A stretch of 64,000 bases of DNA, taken from assembly GCF_009914755.1 (NCBI RefSeq), contig NC_060945.1, one strand, 5' to 3'. The notes under the pieces are model-generated. The model worked only from the letters and a program-made list of their open reading frames with translations, did not search any database and was not told the origin of the DNA. Positions 40,020 through 52,616 of this stretch are shown here, piece after piece. The position numbers and the translations under genes are program-made. Position 1 is the first letter of the stretch; every line of letters begins with the position of its first letter. The DNA is from the human T2T-CHM13v2.0 reference genome, Homo sapiens.

Positions 40020-40800
40020 TTATCTATAATTATATTTCTCCTTGGTTTAATATTAGATATTTTCAGGTACAAGAAATGTATGCACATTATAGATTCAATG
40101 CATGCAGGTTATATGTGTAAATATTTATTGATAAGAGGCATTAAACCCCTGCCTTCTGTGCTGGATAAACTCCTGAACTTAGCCTCCAAAACACCACAGT
40201 AGCCTCCCTGGTAAGCACAGGGCTCTTTCTCTACCCTTTTGTGTCTCCCACGCTCCCACTTGTCTACAAGAGCTGAGTGTAGATCAAGAGCAATAAAGTT
40301 CATTTCCCCAAAATAAGGCGTAGCGTTCAGGTTTTGTGATACCTGATTGGTTTACATTGTTTACAGGTGGGGCCTCGAAGGGGTAAAAATCAGAAGTTTC
40401 TTATTCTGAGCGCAAGGGCAAGATCATTGAGCAGACATTGACCTCCCTTCAGACATTTCTTGGGAGAAACAGAATGAGAATTTCAGGGGCCAGTGCCGGC
40501 ACCCTACTAGCTGTGGCAGCCTGGTGCTCATCTACTTCTCCAGCTTGGGAAGGCCTAGGTTAACCCCAGTCTTTGGAGGCATTGTTATTCCTCTTCTCTC
40601 CCTGCTTCCCCGTGTTTGTGTTCTGGGCCCGGTGTAACACTGAGGTTCAGAATTGCTTTCAAGAGAGGAGCCCATTTCTGTGTCTATGCAAGGCTGGACA
40701 ATTTCTCCAAGTGGTTCAGCCTGTGGGGGTTAAGGGGGCAAAAGCATCTCAGCTAGTAATAAACACTGCTTTGCCTCTTGCTTTTTTATTTTTATTTTTG

Positions 40801-40875
40801 CAAAACTTCTCTGTAGGTGTGTATTTCTCTAGAGGATTTCAAAAATTCTCTGTAGGTGCGTATTTGTGTAGAGGA
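40801..40875. repeat. Diverged two-copy tandem duplication, 39-bp period
   Basis: CAAAA.TTCTCTGTAGGTG.GTATTT.T.TAGAGGA twice. Confidence 0.85.
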
Positions 40876-40919
40876 AGGAGTGGTGACTGGGCCAGGGTGA
40901 ATGGATTATTTGATCTATA

Positions 40920-43900
40920 TTATCTTGAATTTTATATCTTTTATTTTAAAATTTGGGTATTTTTTGAAGTAGGAAATCAATGCACATGGCTAAATATCTA
41001 AAAAATGTAAAAGTATACATTGAAAAGTCTTCCTCCTAATCTCGTAATTGTCTCCATTTCAGTCCCCATGGCCACATCATGAGGCTACTGATGTCATTAG
41101 TTTCTTTTGCGTTCTTCTAGGGTTTCTGTTGGCATATGCAAGCAAAAATAAATGTATACCTTTATGTTTTCTCTTTTTACAGCAAGGACAGTTTATTAAA
41201 CACACTGTTTTAAACCTTATTTTTTCTCTAAATAATATTTCATATAAGTCAATATGTAGACTTTATGTATTTTTAAAATGAAGACATAGCATTCCATTGA
41301 ACTTAGACAAAAATTTACTTAACTAGTCCAAGATTGAAGAATAAAATTATTTTGAATCTTTTGTTAATAGTTAATAGCTTTGATGAGTACACTTATGCAT
41401 ACATTATTTTACACATGTTCAAGTATGTTGTATAAACCCCAAAGTGGGAATGCTCTGTCAAATATTACAGGTATTTGCAACTTTGATAGATACTAATTGC
41501 CCTCGGTAGAGGTAGTAAAAGCTTACACTCCACAGCCTTACTGATGATATATATTATAAAAATTTTAGTTCTTGCCAATCTAAAGGTGAAAAATGTTATT
41601 TCATGGTAATTTAAATGCTTTTCTCGTTTTATAACTGAGGTTGACATCTATCAAAAAATTATTTGAATTTTTCTGAGAACTATTTATCTTTGAATCCTTT
41701 TCTGTTGTTTATCTTTTCCTTCTTCATTTCTAAAACTTCCTATACAGAGAGATTCACTCGTTATCTGTGATATGATTACAAATGTCTGCCCTCCAATTTG
41801 TTATATGTCTTTAGATCCAAATACCTTATTTTTTGCCATGTAGAAATTTTTAATTTGTATGTGATAAAATGTTAATACTTTATGGATTCTGGATTTTCAG
41901 AAATAAAAAGGTCATCCTCACTTCCAGGTTTTAAAGAAATTCTTTAATGTTATTTTATGTTTTTGTATAGTTTTATTTTTATTCACATTAAAGTTTTTGT
42001 CGTATTTGGAATTTATTTTGGTATGTGATGTGGGAAATGAATCTAACTTTATTTTTTCATATATCTTCCTAGTTGTACAAACATCAACATTGTTGAAACA
42101 TCTCATCTGTCCCCTTGATGTGAGATGGCATCCTAATTTCCTTTACTTAGAGGGGTGGTGTCTGGGGATGAGATCACCTGGGGTGTAATCATACGTCTTT
42201 GACTGGGAGTGGGGCTGAAAAGGAGTTCCCATGTTCCTGGTCATGTGATATGTGGTCATGTGATGTGGAGAAGATCTCCTGTGACATGGAGCTGGAGGAG
42301 GGAATAGGAACTAGCTCTGGCTCAGAGGACACAGACTTCCACTGTTTTATCAACATTTAGGAGATTTTCTTGAATAAATGCTTATTAATTTGCATCTGCC
42401 CTTAGGTCAATTTCCAGAGACTTTAAATGTGTTTTATAATTTTTACCAGTTAAACGGTTGTTTCACTGTGGGGAAAAGAGTATCCCAAGCTCCTCTCCTC
42501 TGGAAATCTGATCAAATTCTTTTTTAAGTCCTTCAGTAATGGTTAATTGTATATGTGTATATCATATTTACATTTATATTTATTGATATAACAGTTATGC
42601 TTGGTGTTTCATGCATATATGATAGCATCTTATGTGTTCATAAATTTTAAAAGTTGTTTTCTATGTGATCTGATTTATTTGCTTGAGAAAAACTGTTTTC
42701 TGGTAGCTTCATTTGGGGACTTGCTCAGTGGTAATTTTTTAAATGACAGCTTTATGCAGTATTTTTATGATCTCTTCTTTTACCCAGGAGTGATTACTTC
42801 TCTATTTTCCGCTGTGTTAAAACTAGGTGGTTTCTCTTTCTACTCCCTTCCAGGCCTCTCACTATTAGAATTCTGTCAATGAGAGTATCCGTGGCATGTT
42901 ATTTAGTGTTTGTTATTTTGCTATTACATACACTTCTATTTCTAACATTTGATTTACTGCTTTGAATGATCCACTTTGAGTCCTGGCTGTTATAGCTGAG
43001 TTGACCAAGTCCTCCTCCTCAGACCCCCACCTGTGTGTGTGCACATCGTGTCTCTCAGCTCTGGAGCTGCAGATGATGTCAGGGTCTCAGCAAACGAGAC
43101 CCCTCAAAGTTGAAAACTGTACAAACATCATATGCAGCAGCCTTGATCTACCCTATGTCTTCCATTCTTTCCTCCTTCTTCTTCTACTTTTTGTTAGTTT
43201 CGATATTGGTTTATTTCCAGGGCATGTGGCATTTATATTCATTTTATTACCCTGGTTCTCATGTTTATTTTAGTTTTAGTCAATGCAATTCACAATTATA
43301 ATATTTCACCATAGTTTTTCTTTAGTTATTTCTTTGTTGGCTAAAGTTTGTTCTCTGGGACTTTTCCCAAGTAGGAAAATATTCCCTGAATTTGTGTGTA
43401 TTTAAAACTGCCTGAAGTATACTTTGAAATGTAGCCTGACTAGGTATAAAACCTTTGGTTTTCATTCCACTTTTTGAATATCTTGTAGGTAATGGGCCAC
43501 TGTATCTTGGCATTAAATTTTGCTAGGAAAAAATATGAGACTAGCCTGTTACATTCTCTTTTTTAAGAGTGGCTTGATTAAAGGATCTTTTCCTTAATGT
43601 TTCTTTAAAATTTTCTAGGGTGTTCTTAGTGTTTCCTTTTCTGTGGAACCTAATTTTATTCTGGAAAAGTTTTGTTGAATCAGTTCTTAAAGGGATTCAT
43701 GCTCTTTCAATGCTGTCTTTTTTTTTCTTTCCATACCTTCCTTTTTTGATATATTTTAGATTGTCTCTGCTTATCTTCTATAGCCACTGTTTTCCTTCTA
43801 ATAATTTTTAGATTTTCCCTTTAATTTTACTGTATTTACTTTTACATTTTTATTTATATTTTCTATGTTCCTTACTGAGTTTTCTAAAGTCTGTTTTAAT

Positions 43901-44200
43901 TTCTCTACTTCTAGGTTTACCTTCATTTCTATGAAGATTTTGGTTTTTCTTCATGTTTGCTGGTTTTTGTCAGCACATTTTTTTATTCTAACATTTCACC
44001 ACTTCTTTCTCTGAGTTCTTATATTTCTGCTTCATGGTCTTCCACTTTTGATCTGACAGCTCCATTAAGTTTTCATTTCATGGCAAAATATTTGGTTAAC
44101 ATTTTCATCTTGCTTTTGGGATTGATTTTTGTTGTGTGATCTTTCTCCATTGATAAGTTTGCATTTTTCCCCATAGTTTTTTCTTATAGTGTCTTTACAT
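40920..44200 (-). mobile_element. Ancient L1 (L1ME-type) fragments
   Basis: T-rich sequence; minus peptides such as EKIKLDSFPTSHTKINSK resemble L1 ORF2; boundaries uncertain. Confidence 0.6.
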
Positions 44201-44319
44201 AAATCAATAATTATTAATTACTGAATTAATTGAAATATTTTGAACCAATAATTTGTGAAAAGTTTCTATGAAGAAGAAAGGAGGAGGCAAAGTTGTCTTG
44301 CAAACTTAGCAACCCAACA

Positions 44320-45120
44320 ATCTTCTCCTTCACCACCATAGAATTAGATGGCTTCTGCAGATACAGCTAAGTCTTCTCCTTCACCACTGCAGAATTAGGA
44401 GGCTTCTGCAGATATGGCTAAATCTTCTCCTTCACCACCGTAGAATTAGGAGGCTTCTGCAGATACGGCTAAGTCTTCTCCTTCACCACCGTAGAAGTGG
44501 ATGGATTCTGCAAATATGGCTAAATCTTCTCCTTCACCACCATAGAATTAGATGGCTTCTGCAGATACGGCTAAGTCTTCTCTTTCACCACCATAGAATT
44601 AGGTGGCTTCTGCAGATACGGCTAAGTCTTCTCCTTCACCACCATAGAATTGGATGGATTGTGCAAATATGGCTAAGTCTTCTCCTTCATCACCATAGAA
44701 TTAGGTGGCTTCTGCAGATACGGCTAAGTCTTCTCCTTCACCTTCATAGGATTAGGTGGCTTCTGCAGATATGGCTAAGTCTTCTCCTTCACCACCATAG
44801 GATTAGATGGATTCTGCAGATACGGCTAAGTCTTCTCCTTCACCACCATAGAATTAGGTGGCTTCTGCAGATATGGCTAAGAGCTTAACAACCCAACAGT
44901 CTTCTCTTTCACCACCATAGGATTAAATGGCTTCTGCAGATATGGCTAAATCTTCTCCTTCACCACCATAGAATTAGGTGGCTTCTGCAGATATGGCTAA
45001 GTCTTCTCCTTCACCATCATAGGATTCAGTGGCTTCTGCAGATACGGCTAAGAGCTTAACAACCCAACAGTCTTCTCCTTCACTGCCATAGAATTCAGTG
45101 GCTTCTGCAGATACACCTAA
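44320..45120. repeat. Minisatellite, 51-bp unit, 15 copies, with two 18-bp inserts
   Basis: Unit GTCTTCTCCTTCACCACCATAGAATTAGGTGGCTTCTGCAGATACGGCTAA; GAGCTTAACAACCCAACA at 44881 and 45052. Confidence 0.97.
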
Positions 45121-45820
45121 GTCATCGGCTCTTTGTAGAGCATCACCTTCTCTGAGTGAAACTGAGTCCAGAAAGGCTTCGATGACCTCGGTCCATAGAG
45201 GTTCTGAATCCATTATTACAAACAAAGAATACAACTTTTATATTTCAGAGTCCCTGGCCTTCAGCCCTTTCTGAAATCAGCCACCACTGTGCCTTTAAGC
45301 CATCACTGTGCTTTTCTTCCTTTGATCTTCCATGGCTTGCTTGATTTCAGCTGTTTAGAGTCTCTATATGTACTTTTGTGTCTATGATCCATTTCTATTT
45401 ACTCCTAGTTCGACTTAAAATGAAATTGTATTTTAAAATATATTCTTGCTGTTTTTAGTATTATTTTCAGGAAGAGTAGTGAGCAATGCTGTTTATTCAA
45501 CTCTGGTCATACCATGTCCCCCTGATTGTATTCTCTTCTTGCATCTCTAATAGAGCTCCTAGACTTTTCCAAGGCTTATATTGAAGTGACTTAATACATG
45601 TTTGTCAATGTTTCCTACATTTTCTACTCTTCATATGTCTCATATATGATGCTTCAGTAAGAGTCCCCAGTGTTTGGGGGACTCCTACTCTTTTGGAGTA
45701 GCCAAACTCTGAATGTATAATATTTCTTTTCCCCTGCTTCCATCAGTGGTAGTAGACACCCTGGAGGGTCTAATTGCAAGCATAACCACCCAACAGTTCT
45801 CTCCTTTAGTTTAGAGCCCT

Positions 45821-45934
45821 GTAGTCAGTGTTGGCCAGTAAGTTGTCATGGAGCACCCAGAGTGGACACTTCAACAGGGTCTGGTAGTCAGTGCTGGCCA
45901 GTAGGTTGTCATGGGGTACCCAGAGTGGACACTT
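45821..45934. repeat. Diverged two-copy tandem duplication, 63-bp period
   Basis: GTAGTCAGTG.TGGCCAGTA.GTTGTCATGG.G.ACCCAGAGTGGACACTT twice. Confidence 0.88.
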
Positions 45935-46276
45935 TGATGTGGTCTGGGAGCAGAGCATTATGTCCACTCTTGAATGATAGCTGGGACACGTTGGACGGTG
46001 GAATCAACAAAATCACAGGCTTCATGGATGACCTGGGATTTTCCTGCATTCAGTCGGTAAAAAGTGTGAAGAGTATTAAGTCCCTCTGAGATTGAGAGGG
46101 AACGTAATTTTAAGAAAAACTGGCATCAGATCTTTTATTCATTTTACTTGACAAGAATTTACAAACATCTTTAATATGTGCCACAACCATGGACTAATAT
46201 AATATAGAATACAAATGCACAAAAGAGAACAGAAAAGTGGAAAATGTCAAGTAACACACAGAGAAAAAATATTACT

Positions 46277-46677
<401 letters not shown>

Positions 46678-47704
46678 TTAAAGAAAGGTGTTTTGTTTTG
46701 TTTTAAAGAGAACAAGGTTCATTAACAATATGCAAAACAGATGAAATGCAGTCAATAACGCTATGAAAAATCACTTTCTATACAGAATGAGAAAGCATCA
46801 ATAACATTTTAGCCTTTATTTTACTGTTTAGTAGAGAATTATCAGTATAGTGTTTTCACTAGTTATCAGCATCTTAAGGGAAGTACTGTGTGTTGTACCT
46901 TTTGAAAACTGGAATCATAGATTGCTCTAAATTATTGTATTAAAAATTGAAGTAATGATAACTATTCAGCTGGAATGTCAGGAAAATGTTGAAAATGACA
47001 AAGAGTTTACCAGGAAAAGGCTGCAAGGTAGCACCCGGTCATACCTTTAAATGACAGACAAACACAGACACATACACACAAAAGCAACATTTAAGTAGAG
47101 GAAACTTGTTAGCGCTCCTGTGTTTAGAGGAAGTAAAATGAGTCAGATTAGTGCTTTCCATCGTGATTGCCTCATCTGTGCTTGGAGCCACTTCGGAGGA
47201 TTCTGTTGGCTTTATCCTGGCACCGACTAGCACTGCACAGCGTAGAAGGCACAAGGACTGAAAAGGTCATGTCTTTCTGCTCAGAAAATTTGAATGGTTA
47301 TAGAGTGCAGAGGGCCCATGCAAAATGCTCATTATCTGCTGTGTCTCTTGTTTTCAAAATTCTTTATCAGGTTACTGGCAATAAAATGCTGTTCCCTTTT
47401 GTTACCAGACAATGAGGCATTTATACCAGCAAGTCACCTGAGAACATAGCAGCCAACATTAATGAGTTGAAAGTACCACTGGGACAGTGAAGAATTGACA
47501 AGACTGCTGGCCTGCTGATCTTGTTTATCTTGCCTTTTTTTTTCTTTTTCAAGGTTTATTTGTGGAAAGTCTGTTTTCGTTGCTTATGTGCTCATCTGTG
47601 CTGCTTTAAAATGCCTTCGTGGTGGCAGAGAGTAATTAGCATATAGAGTCTGGAAACCAACTTTTAAATTTTATTAATGAGCTGAGTTTAGTTCCCCTTT
47701 GTCT

Positions 47705-47829
47705 TTTAACTGACTCCAGGAGCATTAATGAAAAGTATATAAATATGAATACAGGTGTAGTAATAAAAAAGAATTATCAGTCACCCTTAATTTAATTGGT
47801 GTCACCTTAGCCTTTAGAAGGGTAATAGG
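47705..47829 (+). repeat. 125-bp dispersed direct repeat, copy 1
   Basis: Ungapped match to 54100-54224, 9 mismatches. Confidence 0.93.
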
Positions 47830-49102
47830 ATAGTATTGCCACCTGCAATCATTCAAGACTATTTTACTCACTACAGTAATTAGCTCACTTTAAAAAATTA
47901 GGTGACCTTTCAAAAGTGAGTAAAATAGAATCTGGTGAGAACCGTTAAGACACGTTTGTGAATATAGCATTGGTAGAATATCATAGATATTTAGGGTTTC
48001 GAGCGACCTGTGGACATTTTGTGCAACTTCTGTTAATGAAAGAATCTCTTGAAACACTCTTTTCATGCATGGAGTTACTAGGCATCTAGCAACTGGAGGT
48101 TATATCAATGTGTCAGATACTCCACAGTCTCTCTTCTAATATTACGTGCAAAATACCCTGTAGACTAGGAAGCATGTTTGATCTTGGTTATAGGTGCAAT
48201 TTATTCAACCAGCGTTCGTCTATGTGCATTGAAGTCCATTATGACTACTTTTGGCATGGAGACAAACACAAAACATGGCCTCTGAAAAGAGTGTATGCTG
48301 GGATTTGGGATAAGGCATATAAAGAATAACTTTACTAAAAAGCTGAATATTACATCATATGAGTTAAACACTCTTGCCAAGAATTATCAGTAACCATAAC
48401 AGCTAATGAAAGTGGATGTCACTGCAAATCAAACTAGTGGGCATCTCTTGTTTATTAGCAAAATTTTCCACATTAAAGAAACCCTTAAAACGACATTTTT
48501 ACTTGTAAGATACACAAGAGACATATTTGATTTAGGAGACATTCAGAGCAGTTTTCTGCCTTTGTTGCATATGTACATCAAAGTGCTTTAGTGATAGTTG
48601 CAATTTTGGTAGTTATCTGCCAAGTTAGAAATGAATCCAAACTAGTATATTTTGACCTTTCAATTGAATTGCCACAAAGCAAAATTCACTAGTATTCAGT
48701 GCCTCCCATCAAGCGGAAATCCAAAGCATGTTTTCCCATTAAGGAGACTCCTTCTCTTCTCACAGATAGCAAATTTCCAAATGAGGAGAGAGCTGGTTGA
48801 AGGACCATGATGATGAGCCAATGATAGGTGTTATTGACCTTTCCTGAAACAGCTTGACTTCTGAACATTTTTTGAACTTATACTTATACTTGAGATACAG
48901 TAGATTTGATATCACACATTATAATGGATGGTTTTCTGATAGGACCTGACCATTTACTAGCCTACGTCCTTCTAGTTTTCTACATAAACTCTCTACTGCA
49001 GCAACTAATGATAATTATTATTATAGTTGCTAACATTTGCTGATCTTATTGTTTTCTAGGCACTGTGCTGAGAACTTCATATCCATTTATTTCATTTTAT
49101 CT

Positions 49103-50642
49103 TGAGAGGTGACAGCGTGCTGGCAGCCCTTGCAGCCCTGGCTCGCTCTCTGTGCCTCCTCAGCCTTGGCGCCCACTCTGGCCACGCTTGAGGAGCCCTT
49201 CTGCCCGCCACTGCACTGTGGGAGCCTCTTTCTGAGCTGGCCAAGGCCGGAGCCGGCTCCCTCAGCTTGCAGGGAGGTGTGGAGGGAGAGGTGCAGGCGG
49301 GAACTGGGGCTGTTCACGGTGCTTGAGGGCCAGCGCGAGTTCCAGGTGGGCGTGGGCTCCGTGGGCCCCGCACTCAGAGCCGCCAGCCTGCCCACAAGCC
49401 CCAGGCAGTCAGGGGCTTAGCACCTGGGCCACCAGCTGCTGTGCTCGACTTCTTGCTGGGCCTTAGCTGCCTCCGGCAGGGCAGGGCTTGGGACCTGCAG
49501 CCCACCATGCCTCAGCCTGCCTACCCCCCCACCCCCCCATGGGCTCCTGTGCCGCCCGAGCCTCCCCAACAAGGGGTGCTCCCTGCTCCAGGGCTGTGCC
49601 TAGTCCCATCCACCACCCAAGGGCTGAGGAGTGTGGTCGTATAGTGCGGAACTGGCGGGCAGCTCCACCTGCGGCCGTGGTGCAGGATCCACTGGGTGAA
49701 GCCAGCTGTGCTCCTGAGTCTGGTGGGAACTTGGAGAATCTTTATGTCTAGCTAAGTGATTGTAAATACACCAATCAGCACTCTGTATCTAGCTCAAGGT
49801 TTGTAAATACACGAATCAGCACCCTGCGTCTAGCTCAGGGTTTGTGAATGCACCAATCAGCACTCTGTATCTAGTTAATCTGGTGAGGACTTGGAGAACC
49901 TTTATGTCTAGCTAAGGGATTGTGAATGCAACAATTGGCACTCTGTATCTAGCTCAAGGTTTGTAAATGCACCAATCAGCACTCTGTGTCTAGCTCAGGG
50001 TTTGTAAATACACCAATCGACACTGTACCTAGCTAATCTAGTGGGGATGTGGAGAACTTTTGTGTCTAGCTCAGGGATTGTAAACGAACCAATCAGCACC
50101 CTGTCAAAACTGACCAATCAGCTCTTTGTGAAACAGACCAAACGGCTCTCTGTAAAATGGACCAATCAGCAGGATGTGGGTGGGGCCAGATAAGAGAATA
50201 AAAGCAGGCTACCTGAGCCAGCAGCTTCAATCCGCTGGGGTCCCCTTCCACACTGTGGAAGCTTTGTTCTTTTGCTCTTTGCAATAAAGCTTGCTACTGC
50301 TCACTCTTTGGGTCCACACTACCTTTATGAGCTGTAACACTCACCGTGAAGGTCTGCAGCTTCACTCCTGAAGCCAGCGATACCAGGAGCCCACCAGGAG
50401 GAACGAACAACTCTAGACACACTGCCCCAAGAGCTGTAACACTCACCGCGAAGGTCTGCAGCTTCACTCTTGAGCCAGCGAGACCGCAAACCCACCAGAA
50501 GGAAGAAACTCTGAACACATCCGAACATCAGAAGGAACAAACTCCAGACATGCCACCTTTAAGAACTGTAACACTCACCTTGAAGGTCTGTAGCTTCATT
50601 CTTGAAGTCAGTGAGACCAAGAACCCACCAATTCTGGACACA
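49103..50642 (+). mobile_element. Solo LTR12C-like (HERV9) LTR inserted in a MIR
   Basis: TGAGAGGTGACAGCGTGCTGGCAG...ATTCTGGACACA; TSD ATCT; tandem CCAATCAGC repeats. Confidence 0.96.
49770..50290 (+). promoter_or_regulatory. LTR12 enhancer/promoter: CCAAT (NF-Y) array, GATA site, TATA-like box, polyA signal
   Basis: Seven intact CCAATC between 49771 and 50167; AGATAAG ~50188; AATAAAAG ~50197; AATAAA 50283. Confidence 0.75.
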
Positions 50643-50727
50643 ATCTTATACCACAGAACTGTAAGTTCTATTCTTCTTCCAATTTTACAAAACAGAAACA
50701 GACAAACAGAGGTAATTCTCTGAAAGA

Positions 50728-51147
50728 TGTCTCTCTCAGTCCATTTCTGCTGCAATGTACCTTAGACTAGGTAATTTATAAAACAACAGACATGTATTGC
50801 TAGTAGTTTTGGAGGCCAGAGGTCAAAGCTCAAGGCAGCAGTAGACTCGGTGGCTGCTGAGGGCCCATTCATCATAGATGGAGTCTTCTGTATGTCCTCA
50901 TATGGTAGCAGTAAACTCGGTGCCTGCTGAGGGCCCATTCATCATAGATGGAGTTTTCTCTATGTCCTCATATGGCAGAAGAAAGAAGCAAGCTCTCTCA
51001 GACCTTTTTATAAGGGTACTAAACCCATTCATGAAGGGTCCACCCTTATGACCTAGTCACCTCCTAGAGACCCCACCTCTTAATGTTATTGCATTGGGAA
51101 TTAGGTTTCAATGTATGAATTTTGGAGGAATGCAAACATTCAGATCA
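50728..51147 (-). mobile_element. MaLR LTR (MST/MLT1A-like) with internal 70-bp tandem duplication (50841-50980)
   Basis: AGACTAGGTAATTTATAA...CCCATTCATGA.GG.TCCACCCT.ATGACCT...AAACATTCAGA. Confidence 0.8.
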
Positions 51148-51331
51148 GATCTGTTTGACCTCACAGCCAAAACTGGCAGTGGAATTTGCATGTTGCTCCT
51201 GGAACATATCTAGTAATTTTCCATCTCTATACATTTTCTATGCTGTTTCCTCTATACTGAATGATCCATACTATCCGTTTAACTTTGTATCTTTAAAGGC
51301 TTGTGTGTGTGCCCATCTATTTTGGTGAGGT

Positions 51332-51759
51332 TGTTACCAAAACGCCATGGGTTTGGTCTAGGTCCTGCTTGCTGCTCACTGCACAGAAAGCCAATCACTG
51401 AGATGGTGAGTTTTTCCGGGGAAGAAGCTTTCATCCGGTGCTGCAGCTGAGGAGATGGGAGCTCAGCCTCAAATCCATTGCCCTGACTGACTAAAAATGG
51501 GGTTTTATACAACAGGCAAGAAATGTAACAATGTGTAGGAAACACGAACTAGGGAGGAACAAGGAGTCATCTGGTGGCCTCATCTGGTGAGTTTCAGTTC
51601 TTTAATGCTTTTTTTTTTTTTTTTTTGAGAGGCCTGAAGGTCCTTTCCTGAGGAAAGAACTCAGATGAAACAAATACAAGTTTCAAGCTTTAAGAGCGGA
51701 AGAGTCAATGTCTATGTTTATACGAAAGAACACGCTATAGGAGTATTGGGCCGGCTTCA
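51332..51759 (-). mobile_element. ERV1-class solo LTR (MER4-group-like)
   Basis: TGTTACC...TTCA termini, near-TSD AGGT/GGGT. Confidence 0.7.
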
Positions 51760-52616
51760 GGGTCAGTAGGATCTATTCCAGAATTACAAACATCGTATAT
51801 AAACCCCTAAGTCTAACCAGTGTTTTGAGTTTTTCACTTATCTTATGTGTAGCCACCATGCATGTAACATTAAGACATCAATTACATGTGTATGCTTTTG
51901 CCTCTTGTTAATTTTTGTTGCTGTTGTTTTTTCAATTTAATTCACAGGCTCCAGCACAAAATGTAAGATGGGATAGGAAAAGCTTTTTTCCTACCCAACA
52001 GAATGCTGAAAATGTAAATATTTTTTCTTTGGTTTACAGTAATAAGGAGTGTGATTCCTTTTTTTTTTCTACCTCTTCTACTTCTACGTTTTAAGAGCTC
52101 TGTAGCTTAGTGAGCTCCCAGGCTTATGAACACCCTGACACAGCTAGTCTTGAAATGTTGCCAGCATTGTAGGATTTGCATACTTAACATGCTACTTATA
52201 CTGCCATAAAGTATGTAAGGTGGAAAGGATATTGTCTTTTAGTGTGGGTACATAGAGCATGGCACGAGTTGTTGCCAGCCTCACATCACATCTGTCTTCT
52301 GATTTTATACTTTATATCCAGGATCATACAGTCAAGTTTAGACATTTTAAAAAATCTTATTTCTATATTACTAAACTATTCATGGAGCCAGACTCTTCTA
52401 AGTTACTCTGGGAAAATGCCTTAGGCCTTCCAAGGACACAAAATTTTCATTCTTATAAAAAGCATTTGGCTAGGAATCAGAAGACCTACATTTTCATTCA
52501 AGAACTGGTACTAGTTTGTGTTGTGATTTTAGGCAGATCCATTATTGTCTCTAAGCCACAATGTCCTGAACTCCAAAACCACAGCATTGGCCTAGATGGT
52601 TTCTTAGGCCTCTCTT

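Noticed and set aside
44661-45234. In-frame repeat peptides (LLLHHHRIRWLLQIRLS)
   Set aside because: Unit lengths divisible by 3 keep frame by chance; other units contain stops; no splice or promoter context
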